Source: Chiloscyllium plagiosum (Eukaryota). From it: a DNA stretch of 64,000 bases. Below are positions 1 through 12,344 of this stretch, one piece after another. Below the pieces are notes generated by a model. The model ran no database searches, had not been told where the DNA came from, and saw only the letters and a list, made by a program, of their open reading frames with translations. The first letter of the stretch is position 1. Each line of letters starts with the position of its first letter. The translations under genes were made by a program, and so were the position numbers. The DNA is taken from NCBI RefSeq assembly GCF_004010195.1, contig NC_057749.1:10813646-10877645 (forward strand). The letters are read 5' to 3'.

Positions 1-324
1 GCAAACTCGACTGTCACTGGTTATTCTACAGCAGCTCATATCTTGGTGTCTCCTTCCTTTACAGCCCCAGTAAACAGGCTGCATTGCCAGGCCAAGCTGT
101 TATCGTCAATGTTTACATTGAGCTGTAATCAGGAATTAGATCAGCTGTATCGAAGGGACCAGGAAAACAGCCACGATCCCATTTATCTTCACATACAGCT
201 GAGCACATCAGTGTTCGTCTTCATTATAACACTCCTCAGTCCCAATCTGACAGCTGTGGACATTTCAGCTTATTCCCAGCAGATCATTGACCCTTGAGCT
301 GATCCATAAATAAAATGCATTGCC

Positions 325-622
325 CAAGGTTGTGGCTTCAAGTGCCACAACAGAGACTGAAACATGTTACCTAGTGCTGGCACTCCAGTGCAGTGCTGAA
401 GGAGATGCTGCACTGTCAGACGTGCTGTCTTTCAGATGAGCCAGTAAACCAAGGCCCTACCTTCCCTCCCAGCTGAAGGTAAAAGAGACCTTGGTGCTAT
501 TTTGAAGGACAGCTGGAGAGTTCTCTCTGGTGTCCTGGTCAATATTTAAACCTTAATCAAGATCACAAAAACAGATTCTCTGGTCAATTATCACATCGCT
601 ATGGGAGTCTGCTCTTATTACA
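325..622 (+). mobile_element. Deu-domain (SacSINE1/AmnSINE-like) SINE remnant
   Basis: GCTGCACTGTCAGA.GTGCTGTCTTTCAGATGAG...AAACC.AGGCCC motif. Related copies at ~12420-12790(-), ~28300-28530 and ~54940-55030. Confidence 0.6.
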
Positions 623-802
623 GTCTCAGTAGACCCCAGTGCCATTGTTAGTTTTTTGAAGAATCTGAAACTTTAGAGTTTACTCGAATTAAACCAACGA
701 GGGTCACAGTTTGAACTTTTACCAGGATCAAAAATATTGAATATTAATAACTTAATAGTCAGTTATGATAAAATATTAGAAGTACAATGAACAGTCACTT
801 AT

Positions 803-1115
803 AGGGTGGCACAGTGGTTAGCACTTTACCTCACCGCTAGGGACCTGGGTTCACATTCCAGCCTCAGGCAACTGTCTGTGCAGATTTTGCACATTCTCCC
901 CATGTCTGCGCGGGTTTCCACCAGACGCTCTGGGTTCCTCCCAAGGTTAGATGGATTGGCCATGCTAAATTGCCCGTAGTGCTCAGGGGTATGCAGGCGA
1001 GATGGATTAGCTGTGGGAAATGCAGGATGGGGGTGGGGGGGTGGGATGCTCTTCAAAGGGTCAGTGTGAACTTGATGGAACGAATGGCCTGTTTAACAAA
1101 CTGTAGGGATTCTAT
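803..1115 (+). mobile_element. HE1-type SINE (older subfamily)
   Basis: Same head and body; ends GGGATTCTATG. Confidence 0.8.
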
Positions 1116-1639
1116 GACCTAAACCAAACTTCTGAAATCAGATTTCTTTCCACACCTACTTGATTTAGCATGTAATTCAAGTCAGACATTTGTTAGAAAT
1201 TGGAAAGTTTAACCATTCAATCTGAGGACTGTTTTAAAGGTGAGATTTCCTCAACCTTCTGCACTGTTAGGAATTCTTCGGTTAAGAAGAGTTTTAAACT
1301 CTTTTTTTTGCAACACACCAGATGTCAATTGAATCATTTTGCAAGAGATATTTCCTCAACTAAGTTTGTTCAAAAACTGAAAAGCAAAACTTAAACTTTT
1401 TTTGCTACCCTCACAATCTACTCACTCCCATAATTAACTTCTAGTTGTCACTGCTATTCTACTGTTGATCTACCAGGCAACCTGGTCAAATATTATTTAT
1501 AGAAAGCTAGATAATTTACCAGAAATCCCCTTTCAAAGAATTGAAAGGGACCATCAACACCATCACTTAAAGCAGTTCTCTTTTCACAACAGTACGTAAG
1601 CACGACACAGAAATTGGTTGCTGCATTTCTGATATTTGT

Positions 1640-1955
1640 GGGCGGCACGGTGGTACAGTGGTTAGCACTGCTGCCTCACAGCACCAGAGGCCCGGGTTCA
1701 ATTCCCGCCTCAGGTGACTGACTGTGTAGAGTTTGCACATTCTCCCCGTATCTGCGTGGGTTTCCTCCGGGTGCTCCAGTTTCCTCCCACAGTCCAAAAA
1801 TGTGCAGGTTAGGGTGAATTGGCCATGCTAAACTGCCCGTAGTGTTAGGTGCAGGGGTAAATGTAGGGAATGGGTCTGGGTGGGTTGCGCTTCGGCAGGT
1901 CGGTGTGGACTTGTTGGGCTGAAGGACCTATTTCCATACTGTAAGTAATCTAATA
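1640..1955 (+). mobile_element. HE1-type tRNA-derived SINE
   Basis: GGGCGGCACGGTGG.ACAGTGGTTAGCACTGCTGCCTCACAGC head with A box and B box (GGTTCAATTCC), conserved body, CR1-like 3' end, TAATC tail. Confidence 0.88.
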
Positions 1956-4142
1956 TTATGACACATACTGGGGTCAGTAAGCTCAGTTGGGCTGGTTTGT
2001 AATACAGAGTGACAGCAACAGCATGGGTTCGATTCCTGTGTCAGGCTGAGATTACCATGAAGGCCTTGCCTTCTCAACTTCTCTCCTTGCCTGAGGTGTG
2101 GTGACCCTCACGTTAAACTACCAGTCGGCTCTCTCTAATGAGAGACCAAAACACTAAAAGCTGGAATCCAAAGTAGATTCCACCTGGGATTCCAGCACCT
2201 GCAGGTTTTTTTTGTCTCTGACTAGGTTTATTTCACTGTGAAGTCTCTTCAAAGGATGCCCACTTTGAAGGAGTTCTCTGGCCTGTCTACTCTCTAATGA
2301 GACAGCAGACGTCTGGGACTATGGCAAAATGACCTTTACACTTCAAGGACAGTCCATTGGCTGTAAAATGCTTCAGGATGTCCTCAAGTCATAAAAGATG
2401 CGATGGAAATGCAAACTTTTTTTCTCTAGCAGAGAGATTAATCCGATCACAGCAGGCAGTGATACTTTTTCCCTTTCATAAACTATTTTTATAATTCTCC
2501 CTCCCTCCTGTCTCTCAATGTGCTAGCGCTACAAGTCAATTATGCGGCAAACACTCACAGCTCATTGTTTCCATAGCTGCAGCAGTTAACTACTGTTTTG
2601 GTGTCTTCTCTGAATGTAAATCGAAACAACCTTTTAACATTTCAGCTGTCACACGGCTTAATCATACAGATAATTAGAGATAATAGGCAGGCGTTAAAAG
2701 GTATTTTGTACAAGATCATAAAACCAAGAGGGTAGAGCATTAGTGAGTTATAAAGAGCCTCTGAACCTTTGAGTTTATAGCTTTAAACTTCCCATACACG
2801 TAACAGCAGCGTCGTTTACTCTCCAGTGAAAAATGGACTATTATCTCCCACCTCCTTTGTCGCTGCATACACTGCATTAAAAAAAAGCTTGAAAAGTCAT
2901 TGATCAGAAACACTAACCTACCCTCCCGCATTAAGCACATACGATGTGGGAATTGTTGAGTCCCACAGCAAAGTAGGAGGCCATTCAACCCATTAAACAT
3001 TTGCCAAGCAGAAGCTACAGAAGCTTGAACACATGCACCAACAGGTTCAAGAAAAGCTTCTTCTCTCCTGTTGTTAGACTACTGAATGGACCTCTCTAAT
3101 TCAATCTAATGTTGACCTTGCTTTTGTGTATCTCCTGTGCAGTCATAACCTTGTATGCCACGCTCTGTCTAAGCATCTTGTGTCCTTGTTTGTTATGATC
3201 TGACCATATTGCTCACAACACCAAACTTTTCACTGTACTTAGGTACATCTGATAACAATAAATCAAATCAAATCAAATCAAAAGAGCTCTCCAATCTGTC
3301 CTAATCATCTTTCGCCAGTTTCCTGCAAGTTTCCTTCACAAACATTCATCCATTTGCCATTGTATCCGGTTCCACTAACTTTTCAGGCAGCACATCATAC
3401 CCCACAGTGTCAAAAGGTCTCTGCATTTCTCCTCTGGGTCATTTGCGAAATTTCTTTTCCTTACTCTTTCACAGGGTTTGGGCGTCACTGGCCAGGCCAG
3501 CATTTGTAATCTATCCCGAATTGGCCTTGAATGGAGTAGCTTGCTATGCCTTTCAGAGGGTGGTTAAAGGTCACCTGTGGGTCTGGAGTTACATGTAAAC
3601 CAGGCCACTCAAGGATGGCAAATTTCCTTCCTTAAAGAGCATTGGGTTTTCACAACAATCGATTAGAGTTCTCATGGTCATCATTACTGAGAGTGGCTTT
3701 CAAATTTATTTTTAATCATCGAATTTGAGGAGACTGTGGCATGACAGTGATATCACCTAGATTAGTCACCCCCTGACTAAGAATACCAATTTGGAGAAAT
3801 GGGTTCATACCCTGTCAGGTGGTATTTGAAATCAATAAATAACATTGGAATATAAAGCGATGCCCAGCAATAATGACAATGCAACTACCATCCAATGTTA
3901 TAACAACTCATCTGGGTCACCAATGGCAGTTGAAAAGTGTGGCACTGGAAAAGCATGGCAAGTCAGGCGGCACACATGGCCCTCAGGGAAGGAAATCTAC
4001 CACCCTTACCCGGCCTGACCTGGATGAGACTCCAGATCATTCTCTGTAATTAGGGAGAGCAAGGCACTCTGTTCAAGGGGCAATGAGAGGTGAGCATTAA
4101 AAGCTGGTCTTGCCAACAAGGCTAGACCTGGTTACAATGGCA

Positions 4143-4366
4143 AAAGTGAGGACTGCAGATGCTGGAAACCAGAGTTTAGATCAGAGTGGTACTGGAAAAG
4201 CACAGCAGGTCAGGCAGCATCCGAGGAGCAGCAAAATCAATGTTTCGGGCAAAAGCCCTTCATCAGCCATTCCCGATGAAGGGCTTTTGCCCGAAACGTC
4301 GATTTTCCTGCTCCTCGGATGCTGCCTGACCTGCTGTGCTTTTCCAGCACCACTCTGATCTAAGCT
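4143..4366. mobile_element. hairpin (palindromic) PLE-derived short element, family A
   Basis: ~95-bp arms fold back around ~4268. TSD CTGGTWACAATGGCA at 4128-4142 and 4367-4381. Confidence 0.8.
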
Positions 4367-4746
4367 CTGGTAACAATGGCAGACTTCCTCCCCTAGAGGA
4401 CATTAACAAACCAGATAGGTTTCTGTGACAGTTGACAGTTCAATTGCCCATTGTTGAGGCTAGCTTTCAGATGCAGAGCTTTTCTTATTAGTCAATTGAG
4501 TTTTTTTAGCTGCTACAGTGGGAATTGAACACACATAACTCCAAGGATTGCTAGTCCAGTAACGTTATCATGTCCACCAACATTGCCTGTGCTGCATTGA
4601 AAGGCAAGACTTCACATTTATCGCAACCTCACAATGTCCTGCATTTCAACAGTGACCCATTTCAGAAAATACTTTGTTGGCTGTAAAGCACTTTGGGTTG
4701 TACTGAATTCATCAAAGATGCTATAGAAATTCAAGATTGTTTTTAT

Positions 4747-5500
4747 TCACTCACAGGATGTGGGCATTACTGGCTGGGTCAGCAGTTATTGCCTGTCTCT
4801 GATTGCCCTTTGAGAAGGTGATGGTGAGCTGCTTTCTTGAACTGCTGCACTTCACATGCTGTAGGTACATCCACAATGCTGTTACAGAGGGAGTTCTAGG
4901 ATTTTGACCCAGTGACACTGAAGGAATACCGATATACTTCCAAGTCAGGATGGTGAGTGGCTCGGAGGGGAAATTGCAGGGGGTGGTGTTCCCATGTATC
5001 TGTTGCCCTTGTGCTTCTAACACTGGTCACGGGTTTGGAAGGTGTTTTCTGAGGATTCTTGATGAATTTCTGCAGTGCATTTTGTAGATAGTACACACTG
5101 CAACTACAGAGCGTCAGAGATGGAGGAACTGAATGCTTGTAGACATGATGCCAATCAAGTGGGCTGTTTTGTCCCGCATGGTGTCAAGCTTCTGGAGTGT
5201 TGTTGGAGCTGCACTGGTCCGGCCAAGTGGGGAGTATTCCATCACACTCCTGAACTTGAACCTTGTAGATAGAGGACAGGTTTTAAGGAGTCAGGAGATG
5301 AAGTACTCATTGCAGGATTCCTAGCCTCTGACTTGTTCTTGTAGCCAGAGAATTGAAATGATTTGTCCACTTCAGTTTCTGGTCAATGGTAACCTAGTCA
5401 ACGTTAATTGTAGGGGATTCAGTAATTGCTATGCTGTTGAATGTCACAAGGGTGATAGTCAGATTCTGTCCTGTCAGAGATGGTGATTGTCTGGCACTTG
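4747..5500 (-). mobile_element. 3' part of a second LINE family (CR1/L2-like)
   Basis: Repeated at ~44060-44640(+) and ~60255-60700(-). Shares its 3' tail with the non-HE1 SINEs in the window. Confidence 0.6.
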
Positions 5501-6225
5501 CTACACATTGCTTTCTGCAAAATATAGTGAGGTGCTAATCAAACTGGGAATCATGAGGAAACAAATTTAAATCTCTTTCGGAATGCTTCTAACTCCTGTT
5601 CCTCCAGAAATAAGTTCACAATCAACAGGCTGCGTGGATCTATAAAGAATTTCGGAACGATTTCAGGCACTGACACCAGGTCTCAGCAAAAAATTAATAT
5701 TTCTCTGCAAAACCTGCAGCCACTGAGGGCCAGGGTGGTGCAAGGTCTGAATACTGTCAGCAACCACACACAATAAATGTTAGTTCTCCCGGCGACGTGC
5801 ACATTCTTCGCAATAAATAATGAAAATAACAGAGAACAATCCAGATTGCACTTTAGCCTTGCCATTAGGAAAAGAATCAGACGTGGTTGGGGCGGGGGAA
5901 GGGAAACTAACCCATAAATCCAATTATTTTGTAAGTGACTGTCACAAGGTTCATTGATTACAATTTGCCAGTAAATGAGGTGAGATTGATCTACTTCAAC
6001 GTGTAACAAGCGCTCCCTCTTCTTTGGCAGAGGTTTTACAAAATGCCTTTTCTGTGAAGGCAACATTTCAAGGCCACATCTTTTAATTGAAAAGGGAAAA
6101 GCATTGTACAGATGAACAGAGGCCTTCACCATCTGCCTTTGCCTCCTCAATGACTGTGCTCCTCCTTTCTCAATGCTAGGCAGAAAAGGTTCAGCTCTTG
6201 CCCTTGTTGATTCCATTCTGCTCAC

Positions 6226-6291
6226 CTTCTCCTCTTCCCTGACTCTCTGGAGTCCATACTCATAGCTGCCAGATGCCCTCTGATCCTGACA
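6226..6291 (-). CDS. possible further CCDC33 exon (66 nt; alternative donor would extend it to 6130)
   Basis: atgcag acceptor, open phase 0-0 frame CQDQRASGSYEYGLQRVREEEK, donor AAG|GTGAGC. Phase-compatible with the previous exon, but no homology support. Confidence 0.3.
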
Positions 6292-8629
6292 CTGCATATC
6301 GAGAAGGATAGTTTCTCAGTAACTACAATAGGATGGCCTAATCACCAAACCCATTCCAGAGACCCAGGTCATGCTCTGGGGACCTGGAATCAAGTCCCAC
6401 CTTGGCAGATGGTGGAATTGGAATTCAATAAAAATTCTGGAATTAAGAGTCTAATGGAACTGTTGTTGTTTGTCAGGTAAAGAACTCATTTGGTTCATTA
6501 TTCTCTAGAGAAGAAAACTCTGGTTTGACCTACACATGACTTCAGCAGGGAGATCTTATAGAAACGCACTAAATTAGGAAGGGACCAGATAAGATAGAAG
6601 CAGGGAAGTTGTTTCCACTGGCGGGCAAAACTCGAACTTGGGGCCATAGCCTCAAAATAAGGGGGAACAGATTTCGGACTGAGTTGAGGAGGAACTTGTT
6701 CACCCAAAGGGTTCTGAATTTATGGAATTCCCTGCCCAGTGAAGCAGTTGAGGCTACCTCGTTGAATGTTTTTCAGGCAAAGATAGATAGAGTTTTGAAA
6801 CAGTAAATGAATTAAGGGTTATGGTGAGTGGAGCTGAGTCCATGAAAAGATCAACCATGATCTTATTGAATGATGGAGCAGGCTGGAAGGGGCCAGATGG
6901 TTGACTCTTTCTCATAGAGTTGTACAGCATAGAAACAGACCTTTCGATCCAACTCATCCATGCTGACCAGATATCCTAAGTTAATTAGAACATAGAACAT
7001 AGAAGAATACAGCGCAGTACAGGCCCTTTGGCCCTCGATGTTGCGCCGATCCAAGCCCACCTAACCTACACTAGCCCACTATCCTCCATATGCCTATCCA
7101 ATGCACGTTTAAATGCCCATAATGAAGGAGAGTCCACCACTGCTACTGGCAGGGCATTCCACGAACTCACGACTCGCTGAGTAAAGAACCTACCCCTAAC
7201 ATCTGTCCTATACCTACCACCCCTTAATTTAAAGCTATGCCCCCTTGTAATAGCTGACTCCATACGTGGAAAAAACACCTGACCAATTAGGGATAAATAG
7301 TCAATAAATATGGACAATGTCCATATCCCATGATTGAACAAAACAAGTAGCCATCAAACAAAAATTTGGCAAGTCCATGTTTATGTTTCTCTTGAGTTTT
7401 ATTCCACTCACCTTCACCTTATCCTATCAGCACCCATATGGTCAGACTAACTCCCAATGCAATGCTTCTATACTATTCCCTCAGCTGCACATGCTTCACT
7501 CCCTCAACGCCCTTTCAATAATAATGGGGCCTGAACTTCAAAGCCTGAGTTTTACATTGGGTGCAGTGCCCCAACCACCCGGTGGAAAATCCAAGGTGAG
7601 CCCCCTCCATTTAGCTGGTCCTCCCTACATCCCAATGTACAGCCCAGCACAGCCTCGTGGGAGAGGTCCTGCCTGTGAGAGCTGCCCCCACATCATCCCC
7701 AACCCCCACCCAAATCAAATGGCCGGCTGCTCTCCAGTCTCAACATCGCCACTGGGATCAGTGGCCGCTGCTGGGACTGCAAGCTGTGTGTGACAGAAGC
7801 CTGCTGCAACGGAACCCATCAAAATGAAAAGGCAATGGTGTGTTGGTAACTGGGCTAGCAATATAGAGCTCCAGGATAATGACTGGCGATGTAGGTTAAC
7901 ATCCCAGCATAGCCAATTATAGAATTTAAATTCAATTGTTAAAAGTTAAAATCTAGAATCAAATCCACGGATGACCAAGAAATTATTGTCAATTGTTATA
8001 AACAATCATCTATTTCCCTTCAGGGAAGGAAATCTGCCATCCTCACCTGGTCTGACCTACATGTGGCTCCAAATCCACAGCAACATGGTTGTCTCTTAAA
8101 TGCCTTTGCCTGAGCAAGCCACTCAGTTTAATTCGCAATGGGCATCAAAGGTTAGCTTTGCCTGTGATGCCAGCATCTCAATAAAAAAAAGCAGGAGAAT
8201 TTTAAAATCAAGGTGTTAGATGGGCAAGAAGCCAGCTGGGGGTCAGCGAACACCGGGGCCGATGGGAGGGACAGGACTCACTGTGCAGCAGAATTCTGGA
8301 TGACCTTATGTTTCCCTCAAGTGAGAAGCCCCCCGAAGCAACAAAAATAAACTACCCCATCTGATCCAGGAAAGGTCCAAGCAACACTTAATATCCCCAG
8401 CCTGTTAGAGGAAAAACTTCCAGATTTCCACTACCTCTCATATGAAAAAGCATTTCTCGACGTCACCGTGAACGACTGATTTCTAAACTGCGTCTCTTCC
8501 TTCTTGATTTCTTGCAGATGAGCAAATCACTTGCCCAAAAACCCTTTTAAATCCATTCAAATCTCAAATACTTCCGTTAGATCACCCCCTTGAACTGCCA
8601 GACCCTTGAGAATCTCCATGGCGACTCAC

Positions 8630-8797
8630 GTGTGTGTAAGGAGGTCCTTCAGGCATCCTCACAGGAGTACCTGCAGGTGATGAAAGATGGAAGCTGGAAT
8701 CGCTTGGCAACCGTTGATGGCTAGTGCACTCCTCTGCTAGACTAGGAGATGGACTTTCTTCAGGAGGCTCCTGATTGGTTTCCTCTGCAGTTCCAGC
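8630..8797 (-). CDS. CCDC33: probable CCDC33 third coding exon (Pro/Ser/Glu-rich linker)
   Basis: Pyrimidine tract plus cacag acceptor; 168-nt open phase 0-0 frame AGTAEETNQEPPEESPSPS...DSSFHLSSPAGTPVRMPEGPPYTH; donor CAC|GTGAGT; unique sequence among repeats. No recognisable homology. Confidence 0.65.
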
Positions 8798-9289
8798 CTG
8801 TGGGTGAGATGTTGGAACAAAAGAATGTTATAAACAGTAAATGGTTAAAATCTTGGCCCTTCCTTCCCACCAGTTCTGTGGGTGAACTGTACACCATGGC
8901 CTGCAGTGGTTCATGAAGGCAGGTCGTTAGAGATGGGCAATAACTATTGGTTCAGCCAATGATGCCCTCATGCCACGAACAAATATCAATTGAAAGAGAC
9001 AGGGAGCAGTTTTCGTCAGGGTCCTTCAGATAGAAGACGGACCTGGCAAGTTTTGGCGAGGAATTCCCCAACACTGGCTAGAGAGCAGAAACTTACCATT
9101 GTAAGCAACTGAGACAACACTCTGTACCAACAGTCCCTTTGATATCAGTGACCATCTCATCTGCAGGGAGGTGGTGGTCTGGTGGTAATGTCATTGGACT
9201 AGTAATACAGAACCACAGGCTAACGTTCATGGGACTTGGGTTCGAATCTCACCATGAGAGATTGTGAAATTTGAATTCAACAAAAATCA

Positions 9290-9645
9290 GGGCAGCACGA
9301 TGGTTTAGTGGTTAGCACTGCTACCTCATAGCACCAGGGGCCCAAGTTCAATTACAGCCTCGGGTGACTCTCTGTGTGGAGTTTACAGATTCTCCCCGTG
9401 TATGCGTGGGTTTCCTCTGGGTGGTCTGGTTTCCTCCATAGTGCAAAGATGTGCAGGTTAGGTGGATCGACCATGGGAAATTGCTGTGTAGTATCCAAGG
9501 AAGTGCAAGCTAGGTGGGTTAGCCCTGGGAAACGTGAATAGGGTTTTTTTGGGAGGAGGTGGGGGATGGGTGAGATGATCATCAAAGAGGGTTGGTGTAG
9601 ACTCAAAGGACTGACTTGCCTCCCCATGTATTGCAGGGATTCTAT
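9290..9645 (+). mobile_element. HE1-type SINE nested in another tRNA-derived SINE (~9165-9900)
   Basis: Host sequence is interrupted after TTGAATTCAACAAAAATC and resumes at ~9646. Confidence 0.75.
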
Positions 9646-10179
9646 GGAAAGGCCAGACTAATGATGATCATGTAACCTCTGTGAACGGTGGTAAAGAGCT
9701 TGTCATGTTTACTAATGCCCTTTAGTGAAGGAAATTTGCCAACTTTACCTAGTCTGGCCTACATGTGACCCAGACCCACAGCAACGTGGCTTCCTCTTAA
9801 TCTCTTGAAATGGTCCAGCAAGCCATTCAGTTCCAGAACAATTAGGGATGGGTATCAAATGCTAGCCTTGTCAGCAACACCCACATCCCATGAATAAATA
9901 AATGTAAAACAAGCTGCATTTGGCTATTTGAAGCCTTTTTTCTTAATAGGCATATTCGTCATCCTTAAAATTATTTATGAACACTCAGCTGGTATCTGTA
10001 ACTGCTGAAGCTAAAATCGTACAATTGTCTTCTGGTATTTATAAATATTACACACAAGTGTTAGGCAGAAGCTAAGCCAATGTGTGGCCAAGCCTGGTCC
10101 TTTGTGATGATCAAGAAGATCCTAAGATGAAAACAACTCAAAACCATCAGTGGAGGTTTAATACCAACAAGTGTCAACA

Positions 10180-11100
10180 CAAAATGTTGGTTTGCAGGTG
10201 CAGCAGGTAATTAAGAAGTCAAATGGAATATTGTCCTTCATTGCTAAAGGGATGGAGTTTAAAAACGGGGAGGTTATGTTGCAGCTGTATAGAGTGTTAG
10301 TGAAGCCACACCTGGAGTACTGTGTGCAGTTATGGTCTCTTTACTTGAGAAAGGATGTACTGGCACTAGAGGGGTACAAAGGAAGTTCACTAGGTTGACT
10401 CTGGAGTTGAGAGGGTTGGCTTATGAGGAGAGATTGAGTAGATTGGGACTATACCCATTGCAATTTAGAAGAATGCGGGGGGGTGGAGGGTGGGTCTTAT
10501 AGAAATATATAAAACTAGGAAGGAAAGAGATAAGATAGAAGCAGGAAAGTTGTTTCCATTGGTGGGTGAAACCAGAACTAGGGGGCACAGCCTCAACATA
10601 ACGGGGAGCAGCTTTGGGACTGAATTGAGGAGGAACTTCTTCACCCAAAGGGTTGTGAATCTGTGGAATTCCCTGCCCAGTGAAGCAGTTGAGGCCACCT
10701 CGTTGAATGTTTTTAAGGCAAAGATAGATATAGTTTTGAACCAGTAAATGAATTAAGGGTTATGGTGAGCGGGCGGGTGAGTGGAGCTGAGTCCATGAAA
10801 AGAGGAGAAAGTGAGGGCTGCAGATGCTGGAGATCAGAGCTGAAAATGTGTTGCTGGAAAAGCGCAGCAGGTCAGGCAGCATCCAAGGAACAGGAGAATC
10901 GACGTTTCGGGCATAAGCCTTTCTTCAGGAATGATAAGAAGGGCTTATGCCCGAAACGTCGATTCTCCTGTTCCTTGGATGCTGCCTGACCTGCTGCGCT
11001 TTTCCAGCAACACATTTTCAGCTGAGTCCATGAAAAGATTAGCCATGATCTTATTGAATGGCGGAGCAGGCTGGAGGGGCCAGATGGCCTACTCCTGCTC
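10180..11100 (+). mobile_element. CR1/HER1 LINE 3' fragment
   Basis: LYRVLVKPHLEYCVQLWS and FFTQRVVNLWNSLP motifs. Similar fragments at ~6546-7275, 16340-16910(-), 39110-39548, 41266-41890(-), 45660-47310 and 57810-58550(-). Confidence 0.85.
10804..11022. mobile_element. hairpin PLE-derived short element, family A, inserted in a CR1 tail
   Basis: Near-perfect ~90-bp inverted arms around ~10932. AGCTGAGTCCATGAAAAGA is duplicated on both sides. Confidence 0.82.
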
Positions 11101-11898
11101 CTGAGTTCAAAGGATGGTAAAGAGTTAATCATAACTTGTCATTGGAATCACAGGTAGGTCAACCCAGGTCAGGATGGTGTGTTTCTCAGAAGATGAAGTC
11201 CTGCCAATATCAATGACATTTTTTCAACATGGTTACCACCTTCTGGAAGATGTTAGGAAAAGAGTTGGACTTTCAAACAATCTTCACACAAGAATAGTGG
11301 AAATCTAAAATTCTCTCCCAAAACCCTCCTGATAGACCAAGAATCGACTCAAAATTTCAAAACCCGGATGAATAGAGTGTTGGGTTTCTTTCAGCATTTT
11401 GTGTTACATTCTCTGTCACCATGTCCTCTCCCTTTCCCCCATTCCAGTGGGATAGTCTGTTCTTTCCAGTCAGCAAGTTAGATACACCATTGTCCTGCCA
11501 TTCTCACATTCCGATCATTGAATCTGCTCTATCATTCCCCTTTCTCCCCAGCACTCCATCTCCCCACCTCTGCATTAATGCTGCCCCCTTCACATTTTGT
11601 ATCAACTCTGATGAAGAGTCATCTAAACTCGAAATGTTAGCTTTCTCTCTCTCCATGAATGCTGTGTGGTCAGTCATGAATAGAGTTTTTTGAGGCTTGG
11701 TTCTTAAGGGTTAAAGTATAGATCAGCCATGGTTGAAATGAACAACAGTAGTACGGGTTGGAAAGGCTGAAAGGCCTACTCATATGTCTATATCTCACAT
11801 TGCTACTTCGACAACCTAGATTCACAATCCTTCTTCCAACTGGAGACACATCTCACATCAATCAAATGGAAACGCCATTGATATGTTCAGCTCTTTAC

Positions 11899-12344
11899 CT
11901 GAGGGATTGGTGAAGGCGATGCTGGAGTGGGCGCCCGTTGTTGTGGTGAGGCTGTTAAAGGTATGTCCGGCTCTGGCACTGGGCATGAGCCTGGAGCAGA
12001 GAGGTCAGGCGACCCTCCGGCCTTGCTCGGCAGAATCGAGGAGTCAGTCCGGGACACCACGTCCTTCGGGTGCCGCACCTCATGAAATGACACGTTACAG
12101 GCCATCCTCCCACAATGCATCGTGAGCTCGTCATCCTGGACACGCAACAGGGCCAGGATAATGCTGTAACAGTAGAAGTCTTCGTTTTCCTTCGCAAAGA
12201 TGTTTATCCTGGGGGCGTTGGTGCGAGGATAGATGGCAAAAAAGGCCTCCCCTTCCTTCGTTCCACTGTTCAGGGAAGTGCCAATTACTCGAAAGGCTTC
12301 AATACGTAACCGTACATCATGGTTCTTATCATTTTGACAGTAAC
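11899..12344 (-). CDS. CCDC33: CCDC33 second coding exon
   Basis: Acceptor ttttacag. Reads GYCQNDKNHDVRLRIEAFRV...GEAFFAIYPRTNAPRINIFAKENEDFYCY...LALLRVQDDELTMHCGRMACNVSFH..., matching human GFCKNDGQHDAQLHVEA...GEAIFPIYPR...HCGSLAYSVAFH. 446 nt, phase 1 to 0, donor CAG|GTAAAG. Confidence 0.92.

Noticed and set aside
1640..1715. tRNA gene
   Set aside because: A/B boxes are the tRNA-derived head of a SINE present in more than 10 copies here.
5683..6297. 204-aa minus-strand ORF as a stand-alone gene
   Set aside because: No recognisable domain and it lies in a CCDC33 intron. At most its first 66-162 nt could be an exon.
10935..10960. Second intact hammerhead on the plus arm of the 10.8-kb hairpin (and at 4273-4300)
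   Set aside because: The core is truncated (GATAAGAA instead of CTGAAGAA) or mutated (CCGATGA), so these are counted only as decayed motifs.
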